Shown here: positions 39,444 through 48,905 of the stretch, piece by piece
How the letters are laid out: every line of letters starts with the position of its first letter
Position numbering within the stretch: position 1 is the first letter of the stretch
Assembly (NCBI GenBank): GCA_965116885.1
Contig: OZ220741.1
Location: forward strand, 3,648,001 to 3,712,000
Length of the DNA: 64,000 nt
Direction of reading: 5' to 3'
Source: Candidatus Latescibacterota bacterium
GTDB lineage: Bacteria > Latescibacterota > UBA2968
Notes under the pieces: generated by a model
Told to the model about the DNA's origin: nothing
Databases searched by the model: none
The model's input: only the letters and a program-made list of their open reading frames with translations
Program-made: the position numbers and the translations under genes

Positions 39444-39610
39444 CACGCATCACCTGCGCATAATTGCCTAAATGCGCCGCGTAAGGCTTTTAGATAAAGA
39501 AATATCGGTGAATAAGGCTTGACACCTTGTAGTCAATGCGATATATCATGAGGATTTATGTTAAAGATCAGTAATTAGCCACCTTCCAATCAGGTTTGAG
39601 GTGCTTTATC

Positions 39611-40138
39611 ATGCCCGTGACGATGCCCACAATACTCAATCAGTCTGTATTGGTGCTCAATCAGAGTTACGAACCTCTGCATGTGTGTTCTGTGCGCAGG
39701 GCTATTGTGCTGGTTTTTCGAGGTCGCGCCGAAGTTGTTGAAACGTGCGATTCTCGTATCCATACGGTGAGCGATTCTTTCCCCGTGCCGAGTGTGGTGC
39801 GTCTGGCTATATATGTGCGCGTGCCTCCCAAACCGCTCGCCTTGACCAAGCGCAATATTTTAAAACGCGATGGGTTCCAGTGTCAGTATTGTGGCATTCG
39901 CCGCGGTCCGTTTACCATTGATCACGTTGTGCCGCGGTCTCATAATGGGCGCAATTCATGGGACAATCTGGTGTGCGCCTGTCATCGGTGCAATAACCGC
40001 AAGGGCGACCATACGCCTGCGGAAGCCGGTTTGTCATTATTGCGCAAGCCTCAGTCACCGAATCGGGTGACCTTTATTCGACATCATATCGGGGTGCCAG
40101 ACCGTCGCTGGCGTCCCTATCTTTTTATGGATGATTAA
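39611..40138 (+). CDS. HNH endonuclease family protein
   Basis: VLVLNQSYEPL; RDGFQCQYCG...TIDHVVPRS...WDNLVCACHRCNNRKG. Confidence 0.88.
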   Translation: MPVTMPTILNQSVLVLNQSYEPLHVCSVRRAIVLVFRGRAEVVETCDSRIHTVSDSFPVPSVVRLAIYVRVPPKPLALTKRNILKRDGFQCQYCGIRRGPFTIDHVVPRSHNGRNSWDNLVCACHRCNNRKGDHTPAEAGLSLLRKPQSPNRVTFIRHHIGVPDRRWRPYLFMDD

Positions 40139-40150
40139 AAGCGGGGACTG

Positions 40151-41218
40151 ATGGAAAAAAAACGAATTTTGACAGGTGATCGGCCAACGGGGCGTTTGCA
40201 TCTCGGGCACTATGTCGGGTCTTTGAAAAACCGCGTGGCCCTGCAAGATGATTACGAGTGCTATTTTTTAGTGGCTGACCTGCACATGTTGACCACGCAG
40301 CCCCAAAAAGAATACATCGATGCATTGCGTGAAAATATCTATGAGATGGTGTTGGATTATTTGGCTTTGGGAATAGATCCAAACAAATCAACCATTTATC
40401 TTCAATCAGCTATTCATGCTGTATATGAAATGAATCTGTTTTTTGAGATGCTCGTGACATTGCCCCGCGTGGCGCGGTTGCCCAGTGTGAAAGATATGGC
40501 ACGCGCGGCGAATATGACCGATGAGGCAATTCCATTTGGTCTGATTGGGTATCCCGTACTTCAAAGCGCCGATATTTTGATGCCGCGCGCACACGTTGTG
40601 CCGGTTGGGAAAGACAATGAGGCACACGTTGAAGTGACGCGAGAAATTGCGCGTCGGTTCAACGCGTATTACGGCGATGTATTTCCTATTCCCGAACTCC
40701 TCATGGGCGATGTGCCTACTCTGGTGGGGACCGATGGACAGGCCAAGATGAGCAAAAGTCTCAACAATGCGATTTTTTTGTCTGACGATGAAAAGACGGT
40801 GGAAAAAAAAGTGCGCGGTATGTACACAGATCCCAATCGCGTTCGCGCAGATATTCCGGGCACTGTTGAAGGCAACCCCGTATTTATCTATCACGACGCA
40901 TTTAATCCCAACGTCGATGAGGTTGAAGATCTCAAAACCCGCTACCGTCAGGGCCGTGTGGGCGATGTCGAAGTAAAAGATAAATTGGCTCGCGCGCTCA
41001 ATGTGTTTCTCGATCCTATCCGCCAACGCCGAACACATTTTGCGGCGCAGTCGGGTTATATTGAGCAAGTGATTTACGAAGGTACGCTCAAAACACAAGC
41101 ACTTGCACACGAAACTCTCGTGGCCATGAAAAAGGCGATGGGTTTTACCGGCGTATGGAATCGGATTTCTCGCAAAGCGCGAGATAGAATGAAAAAACAA
41201 GAGAAGGAGGCGCAATGA
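40151..41218 (+). CDS. trpS: tryptophan--tRNA ligase
   Basis: [28 protein letters not shown]. Confidence 0.95.
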   Translation: MEKKRILTGDRPTGRLHLGHYVGSLKNRVALQDDYECYFLVADLHMLTTQPQKEYIDALRENIYEMVLDYLALGIDPNKSTIYLQSAIHAVYEMNLFFEMLVTLPRVARLPSVKDMARAANMTDEAIPFGLIGYPVLQSADILMPRAHVVPVGKDNEAHVEVTREIARRFNAYYGDVFPIPELLMGDVPTLVGTDGQAKMSKSLNNAIFLSDDEKTVEKKVRGMYTDPNRVRADIPGTVEGNPVFIYHDAFNPNVDEVEDLKTRYRQGRVGDVEVKDKLARALNVFLDPIRQRRTHFAAQSGYIEQVIYEGTLKTQALAHETLVAMKKAMGFTGVWNRISRKARDRMKKQEKEAQ

Positions 41219-42018
41219 TTGCATCCAATTTGACAGCTCGGTTCGATCCGGATGCTGCGCCTTATGGCGTGAAGCTCGATTTGTTTGAAGGTCCGCTGGA
41301 TCTGTTGCTCTTTCTCATTCAAAAAAACGAGATTGATATCTATGACATTCCCATCGCCGATATTACGCGGCAATTTTTAGAATACGTCGAGATCATTCAG
41401 CGATTAAACTTAGAGGTTGCCGGCGATTTTGTCGTGATGGCCGCCACATTGATGCGTATCAAATCGCGCATGTTGTTGCCCTCTGATCCAGAGGCTGAGG
41501 AGGAAGAAGGAGATCCGCGCGAGGAATTGGTGCGCCGCTTGTTGGAATATCAGCAATTCAGAGAAGTAGCTGCGTGGATGGACGATCAGCAGACGGAGTA
41601 CCGCGATGTTTTTTATCGAGGTACTTCAATAGACCTGGAAGATATTCGGAAGCAACACGAGGCCGAAGTTGGGGAATTTCGTCCCGTGAGTCTGTTCGAA
41701 TTGCTCCGCGCCTTTAAGCAAGCGATGGATGCTGCACCAAAAGCCGATTTTCACGAGGTGACGCGGGTCGATGTGACTACAGAGGAGCGCGCCGAATACG
41801 TGCTCGATGTACTTGAACGACGGCAGCAGGTTCCATTTAGTGAACTGATAGCCAGTACACATCGGATTGTGGTGGTCGTGACATTTGTCGCGTTGCTGGA
41901 ATTGATGAAAGAGGGAAAAGTTCGCGTTCAACAGGCTGATATCGATGGGGAGCTCTGGGTTTATCGCCGAGATGTTTTAGACACGGCGTCTTTTGAGGAG
42001 ACCACAACCGATGTCTGA
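41215..42018 (+). CDS. scpA: segregation and condensation protein A
   Basis: [27 protein letters not shown]. Confidence 0.93.
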   Translation: MIASNLTARFDPDAAPYGVKLDLFEGPLDLLLFLIQKNEIDIYDIPIADITRQFLEYVEIIQRLNLEVAGDFVVMAATLMRIKSRMLLPSDPEAEEEEGDPREELVRRLLEYQQFREVAAWMDDQQTEYRDVFYRGTSIDLEDIRKQHEAEVGEFRPVSLFELLRAFKQAMDAAPKADFHEVTRVDVTTEERAEYVLDVLERRQQVPFSELIASTHRIVVVVTFVALLELMKEGKVRVQQADIDGELWVYRRDVLDTASFEETTTDV

Positions 42019-42757
42019 AAGAGATGACGCACGTGTCGCCAATCTGGCTACTGATGAAGAGGCACGCAACAAAGGCGTGGTTGAAGCATTGTTGATTGCA
42101 GCCGATGACCCTCTGGGAGCATCGCGCCTGTCATCGGTTTTGGGACGGGATACTGGCGCAAAAGAAATTCGCGCTTATGTCAATGATCTCAATGAAGAAT
42201 ACGCACAAACTGGTCGCAGTTTCAGGGTTGTCGAAGTCGCGGGGGGCTTTCAGTTGGCTGTACACAGCGAATTTGCGCCCTGGATTCGGCAACTGATGCG
42301 CGAGAAAGTCGCCCCCCGGCTTTCGCAAGCGTCTCTGGAAACCCTCGCTATTCTGGCTTTTAAGCAGCCGATTACCAAAGCCGAGGTTGAGCATATTCGC
42401 GGCGTATCTGTCGATGGCGTTTTGCGGCAATTGATGGAAAAGGGACTGATCCGCATTTCCGGGCGGTCAGACGCACCTGGGCGGCCCTTGTTATACGGAA
42501 CGACACGCGATTTTTTAAAGCATTTTGGCCTCAAGACCCTGTCTGATCTGCCCAGGATTCGCGAGTTGGAAGAGTTGCTCCGAGAAGAGGAGCAACGGGT
42601 GGCCGAAGGCAAAGACAGCTCGTTATCGGGCGTGATCAATACCGATGGGAATAGCGAACAGGATACCCATGACAGAGCGCCTGAACCGGTTTCTGGCCCG
42701 CGCGGGAGTGGCTTCGCGGCGGGCGAGCGACCGGTTGATTCAAACGGGCAGCGTTAA
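42011..42757 (+). CDS. scpB: segregation and condensation protein B
   Basis: LSQASLETLAI, QPITKAEVEHIRGV, GRPLLYGTT. Confidence 0.93.
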   Translation: MSERDDARVANLATDEEARNKGVVEALLIAADDPLGASRLSSVLGRDTGAKEIRAYVNDLNEEYAQTGRSFRVVEVAGGFQLAVHSEFAPWIRQLMREKVAPRLSQASLETLAILAFKQPITKAEVEHIRGVSVDGVLRQLMEKGLIRISGRSDAPGRPLLYGTTRDFLKHFGLKTLSDLPRIRELEELLREEEQRVAEGKDSSLSGVINTDGNSEQDTHDRAPEPVSGPRGSGFAAGERPVDSNGQR

Positions 42758-43406
42758 AATAAATGGCGCTGTTGTGACACATCCGGGCACGCGAATAAAC
42801 CCGCGTAGCGATCAGGTATGTGTCAATGGCCGGGCGATCCAATCGGTTGATCGACACACTTATATTTTATTGCACAAACCCCCGGGATATCTGGTATCGG
42901 CGCGCGATCCGCATCATGCCCAAACAATTTACAAATTGTTGCGCGGCATTGATGCTCGGATTTTTCCCGTCGGACGGCTCGATCTGGATACGCGAGGGGT
43001 TTTGTTGTTGATGGACGATGGCGATCTGGCATTTCGATTGACTCATCCGCGGTATGGGGTAAAGAAAGTCTATCGCGCCTGGGTGAGCGGGCATCCCAGC
43101 AATGCGGTATTGAGAGCACTGCGAGAGGGAATAAAGCTCAATGATGGTATTTCTGCTCCTGCACATATTCGGATTATGCGCGCAAGAGGTGGAGATACAG
43201 AATTAGAATTGGTGCTTCACGAGGGGCGCAAAAGACAAGTGAAGCGGATGTGCGAGGCGGCAGGACATCGGGTGCTATCTTTAATACGCACGCATTTTGC
43301 CGGTCTCACAACGCGGCACCTCAAGTTAGGCCAATGGCGGCATCTGACCCAGGCAGAAGTAAAGAGGCTCCGAGAACTGGTCGGGTTGTCCCTGAACAAT
43401 GAGTAA
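42669..43406 (+). CDS. rluB: rRNA pseudouridine synthase (RluB/RsuA family)
   Basis: S4 domain RLNRFLARAGVASRR; VGRLDLDTRG; EGRKRQVKRM. Confidence 0.85.
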   Translation: MTERLNRFLARAGVASRRASDRLIQTGSVKINGAVVTHPGTRINPRSDQVCVNGRAIQSVDRHTYILLHKPPGYLVSARDPHHAQTIYKLLRGIDARIFPVGRLDLDTRGVLLLMDDGDLAFRLTHPRYGVKKVYRAWVSGHPSNAVLRALREGIKLNDGISAPAHIRIMRARGGDTELELVLHEGRKRQVKRMCEAAGHRVLSLIRTHFAGLTTRHLKLGQWRHLTQAEVKRLRELVGLSLNNE

Positions 43407-43409
43407 TGT

Positions 43410-44093
43410 ATGCGCGAAAATGGGATTGTCATTGCGATTGATGGCCCGGCAGGTGCTGGCAAGAGCACGACTGCCCGGCTTGTTGCAGAGCAAATGGGAT
43501 ACCTCTATTTGGATACTGGGGCGATGTATCGCGCCGTCGGGCTGGCTGTCCTGCAACAGGGCATTAATCCCGATGATGCCGATGGCGTGACCGCATTGTG
43601 TAGTGCGCTCAATATCGCACTTGAGATGCGAGATGGGCAGTTGCAAACCTTGCTCAATAAAAAAAATATATCCGCTGCAATTCGCTCATCTGAAATTTCG
43701 CAGGCTGCGTCTCGCGTAGCTGTCCATCCAGGGGTGCGCGATGTGCTCGTTGCATTACAGCGGGCCATGGGGAGAGATGGAGGTATTGTTTTAGAAGGTA
43801 GAGATACTGGGACTGCTATTTTTCCAGATGCGGAATTGAAAATTTTTCTCGTTGCCGATCCTGCCGAACGCGCGCGGCGACGACTCAGAGACTTAAAAAA
43901 AAGGGGCGAATCCGCTGTGTTTGAGTCGCTGTTGGACGAAATTCGCATTCGGGATATTCGCGACCGACAAACGCAGTTGCAACGCGGCGCGTGGCCCGCA
44001 CCTGATGCCGTGTGTATAGATACTACAGAATTGTCAATCGCAGAACAAGTGGATCGGATTGTTGCACTTGCCCAACGGCAAAATAGGGCGTGA
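43410..44093 (+). CDS. cmk: cytidylate kinase
   Basis: IDGPAGAGKST, DTGAMYR, EGRDTGT. Confidence 0.95.
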   Translation: MRENGIVIAIDGPAGAGKSTTARLVAEQMGYLYLDTGAMYRAVGLAVLQQGINPDDADGVTALCSALNIALEMRDGQLQTLLNKKNISAAIRSSEISQAASRVAVHPGVRDVLVALQRAMGRDGGIVLEGRDTGTAIFPDAELKIFLVADPAERARRRLRDLKKRGESAVFESLLDEIRIRDIRDRQTQLQRGAWPAPDAVCIDTTELSIAEQVDRIVALAQRQNRA

Positions 44094-44758
44094 ATGGTAA
44101 ATGGATGGTATCGATGACATTTTATCGCTTTTTCTGGTGGCTGGCCTACGGGCTGGCCGTTATTTTCTTTCGATTACGGGTCGAAGGTCGGTGTCACATA
44201 CCCCAGTCGGGTGCTTTGATTTTAGCTGCTAACCACTGTTCTTACGTCGATCCCGTTATTATTGGAGTTGCGGCAGGACGCGAACTTTGGTATCTTGCTA
44301 AGGCTGAACTCTTTCCTCTTCCGTTGCTGGGAAAGCTGATTCACAGGTTGCACGCGATGCCCGTAGATCGGAGCCGTGGAGACCGCAGCGCATTTTTGGC
44401 CTGGACAAAAACTTTGCAGGCAGGTAATCCCGTGCTCATTTTTCCAGAAGGCACGCGCAATAAACGTCCCGGTTTTCTGCGTCCCCGAGCAGGGGTTGGC
44501 ATGCTGGTTTATCGCACTCAGGCACCTGTGATACCCGTATATATTTCGGGCACAGTTAATATCTGGAAAACTATGGTTGGGTTGGAGCGGTTGCAGGTGC
44601 GGTTTGGCGAGCCCATTTTTCATTCCTCAAAACAATTGCCCGATAGGCGTCGTGACGCCTACAATTTTATTACTCAGGAAGTGATGCATCATCTCGCTGT
44701 TCTGAAGCGGATGCGGCGGAAAGCCGGCACGGTCGCACCCGCTTCTCACAATAATTAA
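44090..44758 (+). CDS. plsC: 1-acyl-sn-glycerol-3-phosphate acyltransferase
   Basis: NHCSYVD, FPEGTR. Confidence 0.88.
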   Translation: MNGKWMVSMTFYRFFWWLAYGLAVIFFRLRVEGRCHIPQSGALILAANHCSYVDPVIIGVAAGRELWYLAKAELFPLPLLGKLIHRLHAMPVDRSRGDRSAFLAWTKTLQAGNPVLIFPEGTRNKRPGFLRPRAGVGMLVYRTQAPVIPVYISGTVNIWKTMVGLERLQVRFGEPIFHSSKQLPDRRRDAYNFITQEVMHHLAVLKRMRRKAGTVAPASHNN

Positions 44759-44850
44759 CAATAAGGTGTCGGTACGGTTTGATCGACGTTGTTCGTCGTT
44801 CTTTTTTTATTATTTTGCGCGATTTTTTAGCGTGAAAGGAATTATTTGGT

Positions 44851-46755
44851 ATGTCCGTTAATACCCTTCCCAAACCCACCCCTGAAGAAGCACTGGCCGC
44901 GCTGGATGAAAGCGAATATAGCGAGGCAGAATTTAATGAAATGATGGAGCTCTACGAAGAGACGTTAGAGACCATTAAGCAGGGCGAGATTGTTATGGGC
45001 ACTGTGAGGTCCATCCACGATGGGATCGTAGTGGTAGATATTGGTTTTAAGTCTGAAGGCGCGATACCCCTCTCTGAGTTTGGCGACCCGCCAGCTATAG
45101 AGGAAGGCGATGAAATCGAGGTTTTTTTAGAGAGTATTGAAGATCAAGAAGGCCAGGTGGTGCTGTCCAAGACCAAAGCTGACTTTATGCGGGTGTGGGA
45201 CCGCATTAAGGATGCGTATGATAGCGATCAGATTGTTGAAGGTCGCTTGATGCGGCGAATCAAGGGTGGCATAGTGGTGGATCTTTTCGGCGTCGATGCT
45301 TTTTTGCCCGGCTCCCAAATTGACATCAAACAGGTCAAAAATTTTGATCAATTTCTCGGCAATGTGTACCCATTTCGCATTATAAAACTCAACAAGAATC
45401 GCCGAAATATTGTCATTTCTCGCCGCGTCGTACTCGAAGAAGAACGTTCCAGGCTGCGCAAACAGATTCTCGCCACACTGGAAGTGGGACAAGTGCGTCA
45501 GGGATCGGTCAAAAATATCACCGATTTTGGCGCGTTTATCGATCTGGGTGGATTAGATGGATTGTTGCATATTACAGATATTGCCTGGGGCCGCGTTGGG
45601 CATCCATCAGAAGTTTTGTCCATTGGTGAAGAAGTAGAAGTCAAGGTGCTCAATTACGATGAAAAACGCGAGCGCATTTCGCTGGGTATGAAGCAATTAC
45701 AAGATCATCCCTGGAAAGATGTTGAGGAAAAATATCCGGTTGATAGCAAGGTGATAGGTAAGGTTGTCAGCATTACGGATTACGGAGCTTTTGTCGAGTT
45801 GGAACAGGGGGTCGAAGGGTTGGTCCACATTTCTGAAATGTCGTGGACGCAGCATATTCGCCATCCTTCCAAGCTGGTCTCCATTAGTGATGAAGTTGAG
45901 GTTATGGTCCTGCGCGTGGATCAGGAAGGTCAGAAAATTTCGTTGGGTCTCAAGCAGGTGCAGCCCGATCCATGGGAAGATCTCGACAACAAATACCCTT
46001 CAGGTACACCTCTTCGAGGCATTGTACGCAATTTGACCAATTTTGGAGCCTTTGTCGAAATCGAAGAGGGAATCGACGGGCTGGTGCATATTTCCGATAT
46101 GTCCTGGACCAAGCGTATTCGCCATCCGAGTGAGGTAATAAAAAAAGGCCAGGAATTGGATATTGTTGTGCTCAATATCGATAAAGAGCGGCGGCGCATC
46201 TCACTGGGGCACAAACAGACTATTGAAAATCCCTGGGCAAAACTGGCCGTTACCTATGCTGTGGGAAATGCCGTAGAAGGTACTATTTCACGTGTTCTCG
46301 AACGCGGGGTGGTCGTTGACCTCGAAGGCCATGTAGAGGGATTTGTGCCAGTCTCTCAACTGGGTATTGATGACCTTCAACGTCCCGATGAATATTTCGA
46401 GGAAGGCGATGAGATGCCGCTGAAAGTCGTGGAGTTTGACGAAGACCAAAAGAAAATTGTATTGAGCGTGCGAGAGCGTTTGCGCGATGCCGATCAAGAT
46501 GAAATAGACGCTTTTCATGCAGCACATCCCCGACGCGAAAGCGCAGAAGATCAAGTAGGGGAAGAAGTGGCAGAAGCTGAGGCCGAGGTAGAAGTGGAAG
46601 CAGAGACAGAGGATAAAGTTGAAGATACTGTGGAAGAGGTAGAGGCTGAAACTGAAGTAGAAGATGCAGTGGAAGCAGAGGCTGAAGCAGAAGTAGAAGC
46701 TGAGGTAGAAGTAGAGGTGGAAGAAGAAAAAGCACAGAGCAGCAAAGAGGAATAA
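44851..46755 (+). CDS. rpsA: 30S ribosomal protein S1 with acidic C-terminal extension
   Basis: Repeated S1 domains (FGAFIDLG, GLVHISEMSW); position after cmk. Confidence 0.96.
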   Translation: MSVNTLPKPTPEEALAALDESEYSEAEFNEMMELYEETLETIKQGEIVMGTVRSIHDGIVVVDIGFKSEGAIPLSEFGDPPAIEEGDEIEVFLESIEDQEGQVVLSKTKADFMRVWDRIKDAYDSDQIVEGRLMRRIKGGIVVDLFGVDAFLPGSQIDIKQVKNFDQFLGNVYPFRIIKLNKNRRNIVISRRVVLEEERSRLRKQILATLEVGQVRQGSVKNITDFGAFIDLGGLDGLLHITDIAWGRVGHPSEVLSIGEEVEVKVLNYDEKRERISLGMKQLQDHPWKDVEEKYPVDSKVIGKVVSITDYGAFVELEQGVEGLVHISEMSWTQHIRHPSKLVSISDEVEVMVLRVDQEGQKISLGLKQVQPDPWEDLDNKYPSGTPLRGIVRNLTNFGAFVEIEEGIDGLVHISDMSWTKRIRHPSEVIKKGQELDIVVLNIDKERRRISLGHKQTIENPWAKLAVTYAVGNAVEGTISRVLERGVVVDLEGHVEGFVPVSQLGIDDLQRPDEYFEEGDEMPLKVVEFDEDQKKIVLSVRERLRDADQDEIDAFHAAHPRRESAEDQVGEEVAEAEAEVEVEAETEDKVEDTVEEVEAETEVEDAVEAEAEAEVEAEVEVEVEEEKAQSSKEE

Positions 46756-46836
46756 GATAGTTCAGATCTTTCTGGCGGTTGCAAAGCGTTGGGGCATATC
46801 GTCTCAACGCTTTGTTTTTGCAAATGGCTGATTTTT

Positions 46837-48192
46837 ATGCGAAATCAAAAGACAGTTGCGTTTTATACACTGGGTTGTAAGCTCAATACCTATGACACAC
46901 AGTGGTATGCCGAGCAGTTTGTGGCGCAGGGTTATCGCGAGGTGCCGTTTGGCGAGTTGGCAGATGTTACTGTGGTCAATACATGCACCGTGACTGGCCA
47001 AGGGGATGCGCAGTCGCGCAAGGCATTGCGCAAAGCGCATCGGATTTCGCCCACAGGCACCGTGGTTGCGGTGGGGTGTTATGCACAAACGGATCCAGAT
47101 GCCCTATCTGCAATGCCCGAAGTCGATCTGGTGGTAGGGACAGCAGAGCGGACGCAACTCCTGGATCTGGTAAATAATACCTGTTCTTTGGGGCGCACAT
47201 TTGTGACGCGCAGTCGCGCGGCAGATTTTCAGGATATGGATATTTACAATTTTGGCGGACGCGCTCGCGCTTTTGTCAAAATTCAGGAAGGTTGCAATGA
47301 GTTTTGCTCGTTTTGCATTATTCCTTTTGCGCGTGGGCGCAGTCGCAGCCGCACGCTTGAGAATACCGTATTGCAGGTCGAAAAATTGGTGGCTGCGGGC
47401 TATCGAGAGGTAGTGCTGACGGGTGTGCATATTGGCGATTATGGCGTGGATTTAGAGGCACGCGACTTGTTGCAGGTGCTGGAGGCTATTGAGCGGATCA
47501 ATGGGTTGGAACGCTTTCGCGTGAGTTCAATTGAAGCGACTTATGTGACCGATGCCATGATCGATTTTTTTGCGTCGAGCCAGAAGTTTTGCAGGCATTT
47601 GCACATTCCATTGCAAAGCGGTGACAATGGCGTGTTGAAGGCGATGCGGCGTCCCTATACGCGGGAGCAGTATATTGCGCTGATTGAAAAACTCGCGGAG
47701 AGGATTCCCGATGTGGGCATTGGCGGCGATGTGATGGTGGGTTTTCCCGGTGAGTCGGATGAGGCATTTTACAATACGCGCGATTTGATTGCCAATCATC
47801 CCATGACGTATTTGCACGTATTTCCGTATTCGCCGCGCGGCAAAACGCCTGCAGCGCGCATGAAGAATCAGGTTGATTCACGGGTGAAAAAGCAACGCGG
47901 TGCAATACTTCGCGCATTGGGGCAGCAAAAGGTGGCGGCATTTCAAGCGCGGTTTGTTGGGCGGACATTGCCCGTGCTTTTTGAAAACCGCCGCAATGGA
48001 CAGCTTTTACAGGGGTTGACCGATAATTATATCCGCGTGGTTGCACCAGCCCCAGATACCGCGTGCGAAGAGATTGTCGATGTGCGCTTGCAGCGGGTTG
48101 AAGACGATGTGGTCGTCGGAGAATTAGCGGGTTATGAGCGCGAAATAGTGCAGCATCACGCGCGAGAATTATTACAGTTGCAAAGTGCATAA
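46837..48192 (+). CDS. mtaB: tRNA t6A37 methylthiotransferase MtaB
   Basis: TLGCKLN, NTCTVT, KIQEGCNEFCSFCIIP, TRAM-like C-terminus. Confidence 0.88.
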   Translation: MRNQKTVAFYTLGCKLNTYDTQWYAEQFVAQGYREVPFGELADVTVVNTCTVTGQGDAQSRKALRKAHRISPTGTVVAVGCYAQTDPDALSAMPEVDLVVGTAERTQLLDLVNNTCSLGRTFVTRSRAADFQDMDIYNFGGRARAFVKIQEGCNEFCSFCIIPFARGRSRSRTLENTVLQVEKLVAAGYREVVLTGVHIGDYGVDLEARDLLQVLEAIERINGLERFRVSSIEATYVTDAMIDFFASSQKFCRHLHIPLQSGDNGVLKAMRRPYTREQYIALIEKLAERIPDVGIGGDVMVGFPGESDEAFYNTRDLIANHPMTYLHVFPYSPRGKTPAARMKNQVDSRVKKQRGAILRALGQQKVAAFQARFVGRTLPVLFENRRNGQLLQGLTDNYIRVVAPAPDTACEEIVDVRLQRVEDDVVVGELAGYEREIVQHHARELLQLQSA

Positions 48193-48211
48193 ACAGCGAG
48201 ATCTGGACAGA

Positions 48212-48249
48212 AAAGGCCGATTCCGAAAGGAATTGGTCTTTTTTTTTTT
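48212..48249 (+). terminator. intrinsic terminator
   Basis: AGGCCGATTCC-GAAA-GGAATTGGTCT followed by a long T run. Confidence 0.75.
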
Positions 48250-48317
48250 CAAATTCTGAGTATATTCCCGAAGAGAAAGAATTTTTGTGTTTTATTACAA
48301 AATAAAGGAGAGAAATT

Positions 48318-48884
48318 ATGTCTTTTGACACAGGTGCTTATGGCGGTGTTTTTGCGGAATTGATTTCCGAAAAGCGATTGAACCCACTGGATGGCGGCGA
48401 AGAGAATACCGCGGCGAAAAACGCGCTCGACGCGCTGACTGTGGCATCTGCATTTGCTGGGAAAAAAGTAGTGGATGAAGATATGGCACAGGCCTGTATT
48501 TCTGGCATGTGGCTGTATCACAACTTTTTAGATGCGTCTCACACCATCAGCCAGGGCATTCATACGGCGACTGGAAGTTATTGGCACGGCATCATGCATC
48601 GCCGCGAACCCGATTTTTCCAATTCAAAATACTGGTTTGGCAAAGTGGGCAACCACGCCATTTTTGACGATTTGCGCGAGGCGGCAGCTGGCATTGCGGG
48701 TGGTGTTTCCGGTGCGCCAGAGTTTTTGATGACGCAAGCACATTGGGATGCAGGTGCCTATGTTGACCTGTGTGCCGATGCTCTTGAAGGGCGCTCAGCA
48801 CACGACGCGCTTTGCCGCGAGATTCAATTGCGGGAGTGGGAGTTGTTGTTTGATTATTCATATCGAAAAGCGGTAGGGGAATGA
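48318..48884 (+). CDS. conserved hypothetical protein
   Basis: Strong RBS; SHTISQ...YWHGIMHRREPDFSNSKYWF block. Confidence 0.7.
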   Translation: MSFDTGAYGGVFAELISEKRLNPLDGGEENTAAKNALDALTVASAFAGKKVVDEDMAQACISGMWLYHNFLDASHTISQGIHTATGSYWHGIMHRREPDFSNSKYWFGKVGNHAIFDDLREAAAGIAGGVSGAPEFLMTQAHWDAGAYVDLCADALEGRSAHDALCREIQLREWELLFDYSYRKAVGE

Positions 48885-48905
48885 GAAGCCTTTAGAGGAT
48901 TTGGG

